A stretch of DNA of 64,000 nucleotides. Origin: Octopus vulgaris (taxonomy: Eukaryota). Made by a program: the position numbers and the translations under genes. Positions 12,364-26,176 of this stretch are shown here, piece by piece (within the stretch, counting starts at the first letter, position 1; every line of letters starts with the position of its first letter). The stretch is taken from NCBI GenBank assembly GCA_951406725.2, contig OX597814.1, positions 26,536,001-26,600,000 on the forward strand. The letters run 5' to 3'. The notes under the pieces were generated by a model. That model saw only the letters and a program-made list of their open reading frames with translations, ran no database searches and was not told where the DNA came from.

Positions 12364-13750
12364 ATGTATATATAAATTGCCATCATACTTTTGTCTAGCA
12401 TCAGTTGGATGGGATGCACAAAATCTTGTCACTTTGTTACAGTCTGAGAATTGGCGTTATTTTATGGCCTGTGGCCCAATCTATCACCAACTATTTTATA
12501 GCATGAACTGAGAATATTTTATTGTGCTACCCAAACAAGCAAAGTCATTTGTAGCATGACTAAAGAGGTCTGTAAATTTATATCCTGTATTAATATATCC
12601 GTTTTAAATTTGAATGTACTTCTCTACTAGATGGATGTATGTATTAGAGTTTATGAATTCCATACCTCCTCTGTTCATGACTTTTGTTTTTGGTATGACA
12701 TTTTATGGTTGGATGCCCTCCTTTACCTAGTATAAGTTTTTATTGAGAGTTACTACTCAATGACTTTATGATATGACTCTAAATAGGCAGCAGTTCAGCT
12801 CTGAGCAAATATTTTGAGTTAGTTTTACGCAAACTCACTTCAAGGTCCAGTTTTCACAAAACTCAAAAAGTAATTCACCCAAATTCTCTAGATGTACTGT
12901 TTCATATATTTACTGTTCATTCTACTTGCTTCTAAAAAGTTTGTTGCCTCTGTTCTTGTTGTTGACAAAAACTGGCAACAAAATAGCAGATGTATAGTAA
13001 AGTAAGAAAAGAAGAGAAATCCTTGTGAGGCAGATAAAATGATAAGTTTTGCTGAAGATAAAAATCTCAGCTGATGTCTGCCTTTACATTACTGAGTCAT
13101 CAGGAGGCTTTCTTGTCTCTCCAAAAGAAATAGATTATACTTAATCAGAAAATGACATCTCCTTTGTCTCCATCTCTAAGCAGCTGCTTCTAAGACAGTG
13201 AGGTTGTTCTTAATATTCAACCCAAAACAAACATCTGGACGTTAGTTTCCCTAGAAGCTTTATCAAGTAATTTTCAGTCACTCACTCATCAAAAGGCAGA
13301 ATATTTACAATTAGGATTAAATTGTTATTAACCTCTGTTCTGTTCCACTGAATTCTGTTCTCTTGAATTCTCCCATTTAAACAATATTTTGGGCGGGGAG
13401 TAATTTCCAACTTGTTTTTAAAATAGGACTATTTCTTCCAACTCTTAACATATGATACTAAAAACAGAAAAGTGGATATTTAATAGAATTAATAAACAAA
13501 AACAAAAAAAAAAAAATATGCAGGAAAAAAGTATATATAAATTTATTAAAAAAACACAGGAAAACTACTTTAAAAAATCATGGATAAATATTATTCAAAG
13601 AATTTTACATAAATTTCAAATTTTTCCCCTCAAGAATGACTAAATAAAACTGAGAAAGCAGGAAAGATATCACACAAAAATAATCTTGTTAGAAAGAGCA
13701 TTTTGTTTTCGTTCATTTCCTTCCATCTTCCTTTCTCTTTAATACACACA

Positions 13751-13751
<1 letters not shown>

Positions 13752-13792
<41 letters not shown>

Positions 13793-13862
13793 TTTTCTCT
13801 CTCCTATCTCTCTCACCCTTTCGGGCTCTCTCCCTTTATCTTTTTCTTTATTATCTATCTAG

Positions 13863-13903
<41 letters not shown>

Positions 13904-14130
13904 CATCTCCTTTACTCTTAATTCTCACAATTTCACTTATTTTCTCTTCTTATTTCCTACTGAGTCTTCTTTATCTCTCCCTTTCTCCCTCACACAAACA
14001 TAGATATGCTTACTCTCACATATACTTGCCATCTCTCTTTCTCTCTCTTTCTCTCTCTCTCTTTCTCTCTCTCTCTTTCTCTCTCTCTCTTTCTCTCTCT
14101 CTCTTTCTCTCTCTCTCTTTCTCTCTCTCC
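13752..14130. repeat. (CT)n and (CTAT)n microsatellites
   Basis: Directly visible. Confidence 0.95.
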
Positions 14131-14650
14131 CTTTTCTCGTTCTTCTTGATACTCTTACTATTAATCACTTCCTTACTCATACATACACACATGCATACAG
14201 ACAGTGGAATAGCAGTTCAAATTTTGCAGTTGTTTTTCTCTTCTCATTATCTTCTGTTACACCAAAGAAGAACTTTCATGAATATTGCTACAATAAAGCA
14301 GACATTAAATCACTTTCATGTTTTCAATTTTTTAGTGACAATTTACTCCTATCTTTCTGTCATATGTATATGTATATATAGACATGTTGGTGTGCATGTA
14401 TTTGGTGAGTGTGTGTGTGTGTGTATTATATATAGATAGATATAAATATAGATACACAACCAATGAGAAATATGGAAATATATCAGTATAGGGATATTTA
14501 TATATATATACAATTTAAATACAAATAAATGACTAAATATATAAATGGTTATATACAGTATTTTTTACTTAATTGTTATATCAATTGCATACATGTTTGT
14601 ATGTATAAGTGTGTGCATATACATTTATATATTTATATATGTGTGTTTTA

Positions 14651-14654
<4 letters not shown>

Positions 14655-14739
<85 letters not shown>

Positions 14740-15142
14740 TATATATGCATATATATATATGCATATATATGCTCATGCATTTAGAAAGAAGAATTCCGTT
14801 TGCATACATGAAAGTGTTTGTACATATGTGAATATGCATCAGTATATCTTTGCATATACATACATGTGCGTGCAAACATCTGTGTATACATATATATATA
14901 TATATATATTCATATATATATATGTATATGTATGTGTATATATATATATATATATACATACATATATATATATATATATTCATATATATATGTATATGTA
15001 TGTATATATATATATATATGTATATGTATGTATATATATATATATGTATATGTATGTATATATATATATATACATACATATATATATATATTCATATATA
15101 TATGTATATGTATGTATATATATATATATATGTATATGTATG

Positions 15143-15201
<59 letters not shown>

Positions 15202-15208
15202 ATATATG

Positions 15209-15242
<34 letters not shown>

Positions 15243-15255
15243 TACACACACACAC
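14655..15255. repeat. (TA)n and compound (TA)n/(TATG)n/(GA)n microsatellite
   Basis: Directly visible; source of the spurious YI/YM ORFs. Confidence 0.95.
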
Positions 15256-15659
15256 ATAATACATATATATGTGCATGCATAAGAAGTAACCAAATTTACA
15301 GTTATTTTTCTCAAGTGTGGGGTAACACAAATATTAATCACAAATTTTTAGCATGTATCTATAAATCTTCATAAAATTATTTATATATCTGTCATGTGTG
15401 TATGTGTCTATTCATAAAAATATGCAAAAAAAAGTATAACCCATACCAGCATAGAAAACTGACATTAAATGATGATATATATACATATATATGTTTTCTT
15501 TACTATTCATATGAATGCATGTATGAATATTTCTATTTTATTACAGATGCAGTCATACATACACATAAATGTGTGTTACATATAGGTGTATATATACTGT
15601 TGGTTTCTAATGCTTACTGAAACTTTACCTTCAACATTCATACATATATATAAATATAT

Positions 15660-15683
15660 AGATAGATAGGTAGATAGATAGGT

Positions 15684-15731
<48 letters not shown>
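15660..15731. repeat. (GATA)n microsatellite
   Basis: Directly visible. Confidence 0.95.
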
Positions 15732-15732
<1 letters not shown>

Positions 15733-17286
15733 CACACATACACAGCTGTATGTATGTAAATGTATACATTATGTATGTGCATGTATGTATGCATGTGCTT
15801 GTACGGTATTTACATATACAGTAATTTACTTCTATGTATGAACCCATAAATGTCTAGAAAAAAATTGATATTACAAACTTAATATATTTAAGAATTTTAA
15901 TGTTTGTTACATTTTTAAAGCTAAATTGATATTTATTAATGTAAAAAAAATCAAAAAAGTTTAAGAAAATGTTATTATACAGCAATTCTCTTCATTTATT
16001 TTCAATGTAATATTAAACAAAAACTGTTATTCTTATTGCTGTAGTTTCCACCATATTAACTTGTATATCAATATTTCTGATTTTTATATTTTGTTTCATT
16101 ATATTATGATTTATAAGTTTCAAGCATTTTCTTTAGACAACAGATATGAAATATATCATAGTTTAAAAGGATATGTTTTCTATTGTAAAAACAGTTACCA
16201 ATAGTTGTTTGGGCTTTGTACTTGCATAGCCATGTAACAAAGAAGCATTCAGTGGTGTAATTTATGTTGACCCCCAACTGATTGACTATTACATCATTGT
16301 GTCAATGAGCAAACTTCTTCATAATCATAAGCAAGAGAGAGTAACTAAATTTCCCTTTAATCATTGTTTGCTGTCTTTAAATAAGAAAATGACATTAGAT
16401 TGATGTAGTTCTATGTTAACCCTAAAAAGACAGAAGGGTCATGATAGGCATGCTTTTGATAATAGCTCTATTTAATCAGGGTTGATCTGGAGCTAAACAA
16501 TAATAACAGTATATCATACAGATATGATACATTGCAAATACAGTGTTTGTTACTGCACATGGCTGGCATACTGTAGTTTCTGTGGAGGGAAAATTAATCT
16601 CTTATTAAGTTGAGCTTATGTCATAATTGTATCAGCTTCTGTTGCAGTTGTATTCTGTTTAAGTTAGTTGAATCAGAAACTATGATGAAAGTATGAACTT
16701 CATGCAGTCTAATTTCCCATCTGTTATAATTCTTACAGTTAATATAATACTTACAGTTAATATTCTTTGTTGGTAAATATAATGTTATAACATAGGATTC
16801 AGTGATAACATTTTAAGATCCTGAGATGTTTTATTTTATTTGTAATTATATTTCCAAAGAAATACACTGTCATTGTTTATTAATATATTTTTAAAATAAT
16901 CAAGAATTTGAACTAATTTAGTGAAATAACTTTTGCAATAAGTTGATGTTAAGAACATAACTTAAAAGTTTCCTAAATCATTTATTTCTGTGTTTATGTT
17001 CCTATGGGTTTGATGAATATATTATTATAGCATTGTTTCACACCTAAATGCCCTTCTAGTCCCTAAACTTTGCCTGTTTTTCAAGTAAGGGACCTTTTAT
17101 TTCATACATTTTTAATAGTGAGAAGCTAGCACACAATTTGTTGACAGGAGAATGACAACATCACTGTTTGTAGCTTGCAATCTTCAGAGAAGCATATTTG
17201 TAAGCAAACATACAGATACACATGCAGTGCACACTCACACTCAGAGGTACTCACACAGAGACACAAGTATGTATGTATATATTATG

Positions 17287-17428
17287 GGCTACTTTCAATT
17301 TCTATCTACCAAATCCATTCATAAGGCCCAGGATTATAATAATAGGCCCAGAGTACTGCACAGCAGGGCTGACATCAAAACCTTGTGGTTGAGAAGCACA
17401 CTTCTTAACCACCTAGCCGTGTCTCTGC
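17287..17428 (-). mobile_element. SINE family A, 5' part (degenerate)
   Basis: tttcaatttctatctaccaaatccattcataagg...cttcttaaccacctagcc. Confidence 0.6.
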
Positions 17429-17638
17429 CTATGAATACTTTAAAATGAGAGATTTGTGTCATAGAACCAGGGGTGCTGGTCAATCAATTGCTTTTATCAT
17501 GTTATAGTTAACCTAAGTATTTACAACAGAAAAGTTCCTCACCAAGGATACAGTCTTGAGCAATGGTTTACATGGAGAAAGCAGAGTGATCATGCAAGCA
17601 AGTCATCCCTCTCTATGACAAGATGCCATCGAAAGGAA

Positions 17639-18553
17639 AGGCAAAGTTGATACAGCTTGGAATAATTGTCTTCACAGGCATTGCAGTCAAAACCTGAAGA
17701 GTCACATATAATACTGCTAGGCATCTCATCCAACACTCTCTCATTTCCACCAATCCACCATCATGAATTGAAAAATGGCAGTTTGGTATCAAAAGGGTTA
17801 ACTCATTTAGTTTTTGCCAATTACTTCATAAAAGTATTTCTATATTCTTACTGTTACAATTCTTTTATGATCATATAAATATTGAAGTTACATTTACAAA
17901 AGTTTCCTCCTACACTTTTAGACATCAATGGTCATAAAAGAGATAAGCAATTAGTAAGCAGTACAGTACCAGATATAAAGCACTTCAATATAAAGTGAGA
18001 GATCTCTTTACAATTCTTCACTAATATGGTTTCGATCATCAAATGGCAACTATGCTGGAACACTACATTCAAATGGTTGTTTTTTATCTGTTATTTACAT
18101 ATATTAGTACCTGTACTTTGTCCAGTACTTATTTCATCATTCTAGTAAGATACAAAACGAAATGAGGTTGGTGTCAGGCAAGATAACCTGATCGGGTTAT
18201 ACACACATATTTTATATATATATCATCATCATCAATTAACATCTGTTTTCCATAATGGCATAGGTTGGACGGTTTGACTGGGGTCTGGAGAGCCAGCAGC
18301 TGCACCAGGCTCCAATCTGATCTGACAGAGTTTCTACAGCTGGGTGCCCTTCCTAATGCCAGCCACTCCGAGAGTGTAGTGGGTGCTTTTCACGTGCCAC
18401 CAGCACAGGAACCAGTCAGGCAAAGTTGATACAGCTTGGAATAATTGTCTTCACAGGCATTGCAGTCATATATAATACTCTCCCATTTCCACCAATCCAT
18501 CATCATGAATTGAAAAATGGCAGTTTGGTATCAAAAGGGTTAACTCATTTAGT
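17639..18553 (+). repeat. Local direct duplication: 17639-17811 copied, with deletions, to 18418-18553
   Basis: Identical blocks ggcaaagttgatacagcttggaataattgtcttcacaggcattgcagtca and catcatgaattgaaaaatggcagtttggtatcaaaagggttaactcatttagt. Confidence 0.9.
18223..18420 (-). mobile_element. RTE LINE 3' tail
   Basis: (CAT)n then taggttggacggtttgactg...gctgcaccaggctccaatctga...cttcctaatgcc...gggtgctttt. Confidence 0.8.
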
Positions 18554-18554
18554 A

Positions 18555-18790
18555 TAAAGATAAGAGCTACTAGTAATTTTTTGTTATGAAGACATGTGGC
18601 AAAGCAGGTTTTTATAATATGCCTTGTATCTCTAAGCAGCCTTCGGGCTCTGAGCACATAGTCTGTTCTATTTGAAAATCAGGACACTGATAGATCAGAG
18701 CCTGAAAATTGCTTGAATACACAAGGTACTTTATTAAAAATCTAACTACGTGTCTTCACAGCAAGAAATTATTAGTAGCTCTTATCTTTA
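18555..18790. repeat. Long imperfect inverted repeat (~100-nt arms, ~40-nt loop)
   Basis: Arm 18555-18653 (taaagataagagctactagtaat...cttcgggctctga) pairs with arm 18695-18790 (tcagagcctgaa...attattagtagctcttatcttta). Confidence 0.9.
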
Positions 18791-18889
18791 CTCTGTGTAT
18801 ATTAGATGCTATTTAACTCTCACTAGATGGAGTATTTTTTGTTGTTGTTGTTCTTACCTTAACAGAACAGTAAATGACATATATATATA

Positions 18890-19100
18890 GTGAGAATTTA
18901 CAAAAAATGAAGATGGGTGCGTTAACAACAAACAGATGTATTAGTATAATGCTCGGGAAGTGAGAAAGTCTTTCATGTTTTTGAGCCTATGCTCTATGAC
19001 AGAAAGGAACACAGAAATAAACAAGGAGAGAAAATAGAAAAAGTTTTAGTGGCTAGCGATCTATCATAGTGAATGCCGGACAGATGGGTCACACAGGAGA
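18890..19100 (-). mobile_element. Penelope-like element terminal fragment with decayed minimal hammerhead
   Basis: Minus strand ctgtcata-GAGC-atag-GCTC-aaaaac resembles CUG-x-UGA...stem II...GAAAC; adjacent to (TA)n. Confidence 0.45.
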
Positions 19101-19757
19101 GCTAGGAGGAAGGGGAGATAATAAAGTAGTGAAAATACCAAAACAAAGGTCTGCGTGTGTGCGTATGTGAGCATGTATGTGCATGTGGAAGGGTGCTGGT
19201 GACCTTGACATGTGCATGTGTGCATGTGTAGATGTGTGGATGATGGTGTAGGGGCTGGGAAGTGGTCACTACTAGTGTGCGTGGGGTGGTGTGGTATGGT
19301 GTGGTGTGTAGTGGTATATATATATAGAGACAGACAGACAGAGTATGGTGCATTCCTGTTTTTATATATCAGTTTCCATTCACCATATGCTGATATAAAA
19401 TCATGCACACATGTAGACATACATATATACATAAAAAAAATTGTAATGCAAGAAGATGGAATGATGAGGCTTTAATTCAAATCACTACAATTGCTTCTAT
19501 ACATTAGTATCAGCTGCTAGTTACTGAGTATTTCCCATATTACACAGATTATTGTTTTTATATGATTCAACAATAGCTGTGTACCTACATATCTTCAGGT
19601 AAGTGGGTTCAAGAGCACTACTATTAACGGATTTCTACATATATATCCAGTAAAAGGACAATTCCTGCTGTATGATAGCATATGATAGCTGATACGCATG
19701 GAGGAGCTTTGTAAAATACACTATAAAGTTATTATCCAGATGATATTATATATATAC

Positions 19758-19815
<58 letters not shown>

Positions 19816-22800
19816 AGCAGGCTGTCTCAAAGTCTCCATCTATAAATCTTATTTTACAAAAATATTAGTCAATCTAAGTCCATTCATTAAATTACTTATC
19901 CAAAATGCCAACCCATGCAGTAGGATTGAACCCAGAATCATATAAATGTGAAGTAGACATCATAAACACAAACCCATGTCTGTACCCTCTGCAACTTTAT
20001 ATTTCTTATGTATTAAGTGAAACATTCGACAATTCTTATACATTCTTTATATGCTATCTACGATATAATTGTTATTATAAATTCTAAAGAGTTCCTTTCT
20101 GCAACACTGAATTTTAGACATCACCTTTTATTTGTTTTCATATATGAGCCTTAAATCAAGTCTTTCTTTCATTCACATGATATTCAGATGTCTGTGAACC
20201 CATCTTTTGGCTAATACTCTCCCAATGTCTAAGACCTAATCCATTTTCGTCTGCAGACAAAGATACCTGTCCTCTTGGTCTAGAATTATTTTGACAGATT
20301 CATCCTAGCATAAACTGAAAAGAATGTTGATATGTGAATTGGCATTCAGCCTGCACTCCCAGCCAGCACTCTCTTTGGAAGACGAATTTGCTATGGAGGA
20401 ATGTATAATCCATTTACAATGACCCATGATAAAGCTATTTTGTTTTACTACTAATGTATGTGATTCTATTATCACAGAACTTTCACGCGGATACTATCAC
20501 TTTGCCTTGTGTATTGTACAGTGACATAGAATTGAAATGGTTAGTTGATTAAGAGGTCATGGGTTCAAATAGAATGATTCTATACTGTCCATTTTATTTA
20601 AATTGCCTTCTAACTGGAAAATTAGAGACATGAGTTAATTTTTCAATCGGCTGGATGATTCCAAAGAGGTGTACTCATCTGTAAAACTACTTGCTCTATA
20701 AATACACAAAAAAGTCTGATTCTAACAAAAAAAAATAATAATAAAATACAATTGTTATATGTAGAACAGGGGTAACAGTATATAAATTCTGAACTTAAAT
20801 ATATATAGTTTAAACTTAATTTTCACTTAGTAGATTTACCATTCCTTCAAGAGATCTATATAGCCACCTAACTTGCTAGAAAGTGCAGCAAAATTTCATT
20901 TATTAACATTACTGTTAAGAATGTGAAAGATGCGTTAGGCAGGTTATTGATATGAAATCTGTAGCTAAAGCATCTTTGGTCATAGATAATCTTGATCAAG
21001 ACCTACTAGGAGTTAAACAACAACATATGTCAAAATTTGATGCAATCAGAGTAGGATAGTATGATAGAATAACCTTCTTGTGGAATATACATACACACAT
21101 GCCTATTTCCTATATGTATATATAATATATATATACACACACATACACATATAAAACACACAGATCTATGGGAAATATTATACACATATCTATTTAAAGA
21201 CTAGAGGATATATGTTCAGACTGAATATTCTTTGGTGATTCAAATTTGCTTAACATTAACTAGAACTAAGTATTCACATTCAATGAAATGTCACTTCCTT
21301 GGTGGTTGTTTTTAATTGTATTTATTCTATTTATTATTCAGAAATTAAATAACAATCCATTCTGATGTTGTTGATGCCCATAATCAAATGCTTTGTTCAG
21401 CTTTATTCACTAATGCACATCATTTATCAACATATATTTTGCATTTGGTATAGATTTTAAATATTTATTTCATATTTGTTAAGATTAGAAGTCTCCACAT
21501 GGTTTTGAATTGATCACAATACATGGTGCAGTCCTGCATGAATGTATGTCTAGACTGTGTGAGTGTGTATGCATGTATGCATACATACATACATATATAT
21601 ATATATTATGCAAAACTAAGGATAAAACCACTTTAATGATTTTATCAAGTGGCCAGGGTGTTACCTATATATATATATATACATGCATGGATGTATATAT
21701 ATAATAAATATGTATATACATCCATATATATATATATATATATGTCCCTCTCTCTCTCCCCTTTCTCTTTTTCTTTCTTTCATTGTTCATACATAACCAT
21801 TGTCCATCTTTCACTTCCTCACATGACCATCTTTCTTTTCTTGCACAGACGTTCAGAATACTGGACGTTTCATTTGTTTCTTCCATCTTTTCTCTTTTCA
21901 AAGAAAATATTTCTCCTAGCATTCACTATTTTCCTCTCATTCTGGTCTAACAACCCTCCGTGTTTGTTTTCATTCAGTTTCCTTGCATGTCTTCACTGTC
22001 CTGTTTTTGTTCCCAAATTTGACCCTCCATAAATCCTAAATTGCATTTCAGAATTTAAGGGACCAGCTGTCTTTTGAAGACTCATATTGTCACTGAATGC
22101 TCAAAATGAGGAGTAGACAGACAGCCAACAACTTATGAAGGGTCCCTTCTCTGTGTTTACTTGTCCTTTTTTTATGTATTTTATGTTGTTTGCACAGTTG
22201 GTGACGTCCTGTACCCATATATGCATGTGTGTATCTATATATATATATATATATATACACACACATCCATATATATATACATCCACACACACACACATAT
22301 ATATAATCTGTATATATATATATATATATACACATACATCCATATGTATATATTTGTATATACATAAATGCTATATAAACCATTATTTTAATCTAATGTG
22401 ATTTCAAATGGATATATGACTATGTATGTATGTATGTATATGTATGAATGTGTGCATGTGTGTGTATTAGTGTATGTATGTATTCATTTAAATATGCATA
22501 TATCTCCCTCTCATTTCCACTTACCTTTTACCTTAAGCATGCACCCACACATCTCACCACCACTAATTCTTATCTTTTTTTATTCTACTTGATCACTTCT
22601 ACCTTCAATTCTAAAATATGAGTTGTCATGTAGCTGCATGGTGCCCCAACATTAGATGGCCAACTAAACCAAAAGATAGCTGAATGGAGACATTTGGTTT
22701 GGTGGCATGGTTTCCCTTCAGCATCCAGCAAAAGGTTAATATCCCATTCTCAGTACAAATCAGCTGTTAACCAATTTGTATGAACACATGTCAGCTGGGT

Positions 22801-23106
22801 TGAGTTTACCACTGTGTATATAAAACATCTACTTAAATATACGCATATATCTATGTACATATGTATATAGATGGCTAATAAAGTTTCATAAATAAGAAAA
22901 AAGCAAGTACTCATATATTAGATATTATAAATTTAGTCTCAGAATAGACAATTGCTGTTACCAAGTGGATTTGTGTTGAAGAACCTTTCCATACTTAGAA
23001 GGCTCTTTAACATGAAACTATTCAGTAACATGAATTAGCTATTATGAGACTAAATTTTTAATACTGTTTAAATAATATATATGTGTATGCATGTATGTAT
23101 ATGCAC

Positions 23107-23154
<48 letters not shown>

Positions 23155-23213
23155 ATGTATGTATGTATGTATATATATATATATGTATATATATATACAT
23201 GTATATATACACA

Positions 23214-23568
23214 CAGGGTGCAGTGAATAAACTGTCATTTAAATTATACAAAAATGAAAATTACACTGACAACTCATTTTAACAGATATACTTACCGAAG
23301 TTACTGAAAAATGTCTTGAAACACTAAAGAGTAAATTTATTCAATAAAATTGCCATTGGCTTCAACCACAACCTCCAGACAACGTGGGAATCTCCTGCAA
23401 CTCTTCTGGACGTCTCCTTGTTTAAGTTGGTGAATGCTGCCATAATCCCTGCCTTCTCACAGACAGTACCCAACTGACCCTACAATATTGTGTAATTGAC
23501 AAAATAAAAAACAAATAATGTGTGAAATTAAAAGTATAAAATGGTGACAATTTACCCATTGCACCCTG
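23214..23568 (-). mobile_element. Internally deleted Tc1/mariner-superfamily (maT/DD37D-like) DNA transposon
   Basis: TIRs cagggtgcagtgaataaactgtca and tgacaatttacccattgcaccctg; internal minus-strand transposase C-terminus KAGIMAAFTNLNKET..KSCRRFPRCLEVVVEANGNFIE*. TA target duplication not intact. Confidence 0.85.
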
Positions 23569-23575
23569 AAAATAT

Positions 23576-24192
23576 CGTCATCGTCATTGTAGAACGTCTG
23601 CTTTCTATGCTGGCATGGCTTGGATGGTTTGACTGAGGGCTGACAAGCCTGAAGGCTGCACCAGGCCCCAATCTGTTCTGGTAAGTTTCTACTGCTGAAT
23701 GCCCTTCCTGATGCCAACCACTCTGAGAGTAAAGGGCCAGTCAAGCAGTACTGCCATCGACCATGCTCAAATGGTACTTTTTACATGCCACCGGCACAGA
23801 AGCCAGTCCGGCAGCACTGGCAATGATCACGCTCGAATGGTGCTTTTAATGTGCCACTGGCATGGGAGCCAGTCAGTGGCCCTGGCAACGATCATGCTTG
23901 AATGGTGCTTTTAACATTCCACTGGCACAGATACCAATCAGGCGGCACTGTCAACGGCCACGATAACAATTTAACTTACCTCAACAGGTCTTTGCTAGCA
24001 TAGTTTATTGTCCAATGATTGAAGGGTACTCTTAAATGGGCTGGTTACGCAGCACTGGCATAGGCCACAGTTATGGTCTCACTTGGCTTGCTAGGTCTTC
24101 TCAAGCACAGCATATCTCCAAAGGTCTTGGTCACTTGTCATTGCCTCGGTGAGATCCAATGTTTGAAGATTGTGCTTCACCACCTCATCCCG
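23576..24192 (-). mobile_element. RTE LINE 3' fragment with ~65-bp tandem units in the 3' UTR
   Basis: DEVVKHNLQTLDLTEAMTSDQDLWRYAVLEKT ORF end; same UTR and tail as 52062-53385. Confidence 0.85.
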
Positions 24193-24330
24193 TGTGTGTG
24201 TAAAAATATATATATACATACATACATACATATATATACATATATGCATTACATATTTATCCTTATGTATGTATGCATGTATGTTTGTGGTTCTCTTTCT
24301 TTGCACACACAGACACATTTAACTGCAGTG

Positions 24331-24390
<60 letters not shown>

Positions 24391-26107
24391 ATGTATCCTT
24401 TTTGTTTTTATTGTTTTTTGTGTTATTTCAATACATTGATGAGTTCAAACCATTTTAACTCACATGATTTTACTTGAATTGTATAAAAACACGGCCACCT
24501 TATTAAAAATGAAAATACAATAGGAAAGCATTTGAATTCTGAAATGTTATTTATGCTTCAGATCTTAGCAAATCACTGTGAAATATATATATCTTACATA
24601 TGATTGATTAGCTCATGTTAGGTTTCACATAAAGTAATAGCCTGCTATCTTTGCATAACAGTGCACCACAGTTAACAAATACTAGGCAATCAGCTATTTA
24701 ATGTACACATTTTAGACACAGATGGCAGCACTTGTGCAAGCATATAGGTCATGTTATCTTTATCATGCTATCCTATTTTGTGAATGCAAACTCAATTGTA
24801 AAAGTAAACTTCATATAAATATATAGTATAGCTTTTTTTTCTTTCCTTAACAACCTAGGTTTTGTTTATTTTCTGCAAAAATAACCAACCGAGCCTTAGG
24901 GGTAAGGAATATTTATTGTTGTCCATATTATTATTATTAGTTCCACATAAACATTTTTGGTTTTTGTTTTATTTTGCTTCCTTGAAGTTTTCTTTCTTGC
25001 ATGTGTGCATACATACAAACATACATTTATGCATACTTGATACACACAAATGCACATATGCATTTGCATACAGTGTTAGTTTTATTGACTGATTCAAAAC
25101 AAGGAACAATTATGTTGTCTTATAGCTAATATGACCAAGAGTGAATTGAAAATATTGGGACCAGAATGCGAGTAACATTGCTTAATGCATTAAGTGATTT
25201 ACTCTCCCGAAGGGGAAGTCAGTAAACATCTGAATGAATAAAATAGTGGCAGAGCAAAAGAGATAGAGAGAGGATGAGAAAACTAGAGAAAAAAGAAGAT
25301 GTGTGGGAAAAGAGGTTGAAGCCGTTAACCAGAAAATGGAAAGTTAGAAAGTGATGGGGAGTGCACAGAGGTAGAAACAAAGTTGGAGTAAGATATGTAT
25401 GTATGTGTGTATGTATGAAGACAAAAGATATGCATGTAGAAAGGAAGTAGAATAGATGAAAGAGAAGAGGTTAAGGAGAACAAGAGAAAAGTAAGACTGT
25501 GAGTTAGAGAGAGAGAGAGAGAGAGATGTGGTTGAGGTGATTAGAAAGTGTAAAAATTTGAAGAATGGAAAGAGATGATGTTAAGAGAGTAAAATGTGTC
25601 TATGAATATATGCATGTGTGCATGCATGTGTGTATGTGTGTGTGTGAATGGTGTGCATGTATGTGTTCATTTATCCATATACAGGCAGATAAGTGTACAT
25701 ACAATATATGCAGTCACACACAAAACTCTGCCTATTTCTGTTCTGTTTACTGTTCCTGATTAATCCTAAACCAGTGAGGTGGGTAACATTTCATAGATGA
25801 AGAAATTAGAGTTGGTAGGTAGTGGGAGGGAGAGGAATTTCAAAGATAAATGTTTTCATAAAGATACACATATATTACCTACATGTATGTGTGTGTATAC
25901 ATATGTCTGTAATTAGGTATACATGTGTATGTATGTATGTATGTATATATATGTATGCATGCATGTATGTATATATATGTATATGCAAGTATATAATATA
26001 TTTATATATATCTACATACATGTATTTGTATATATATATGTGTAAATATGTATATGTATACATGCATGCATGCATAAATACATACATATGTGTGTGTCCA
26101 TGTACAA

Positions 26108-26176
<69 letters not shown>

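Noticed and set aside
14545-15374. Many overlapping long ORFs (up to 216 aa) rich in Y/I/M/C/H/T
   Set aside because: Translations of (TA)n/(TATG)n microsatellites; the same applies to ORFs at 22, 26, 35.6-36, 38, 41.5 and 54-55 kb.
22600-22812. Exon-like minus-strand segment in unique DNA
   Set aside because: Stops in all frames from the acceptor and a weak donor (gtagaa).
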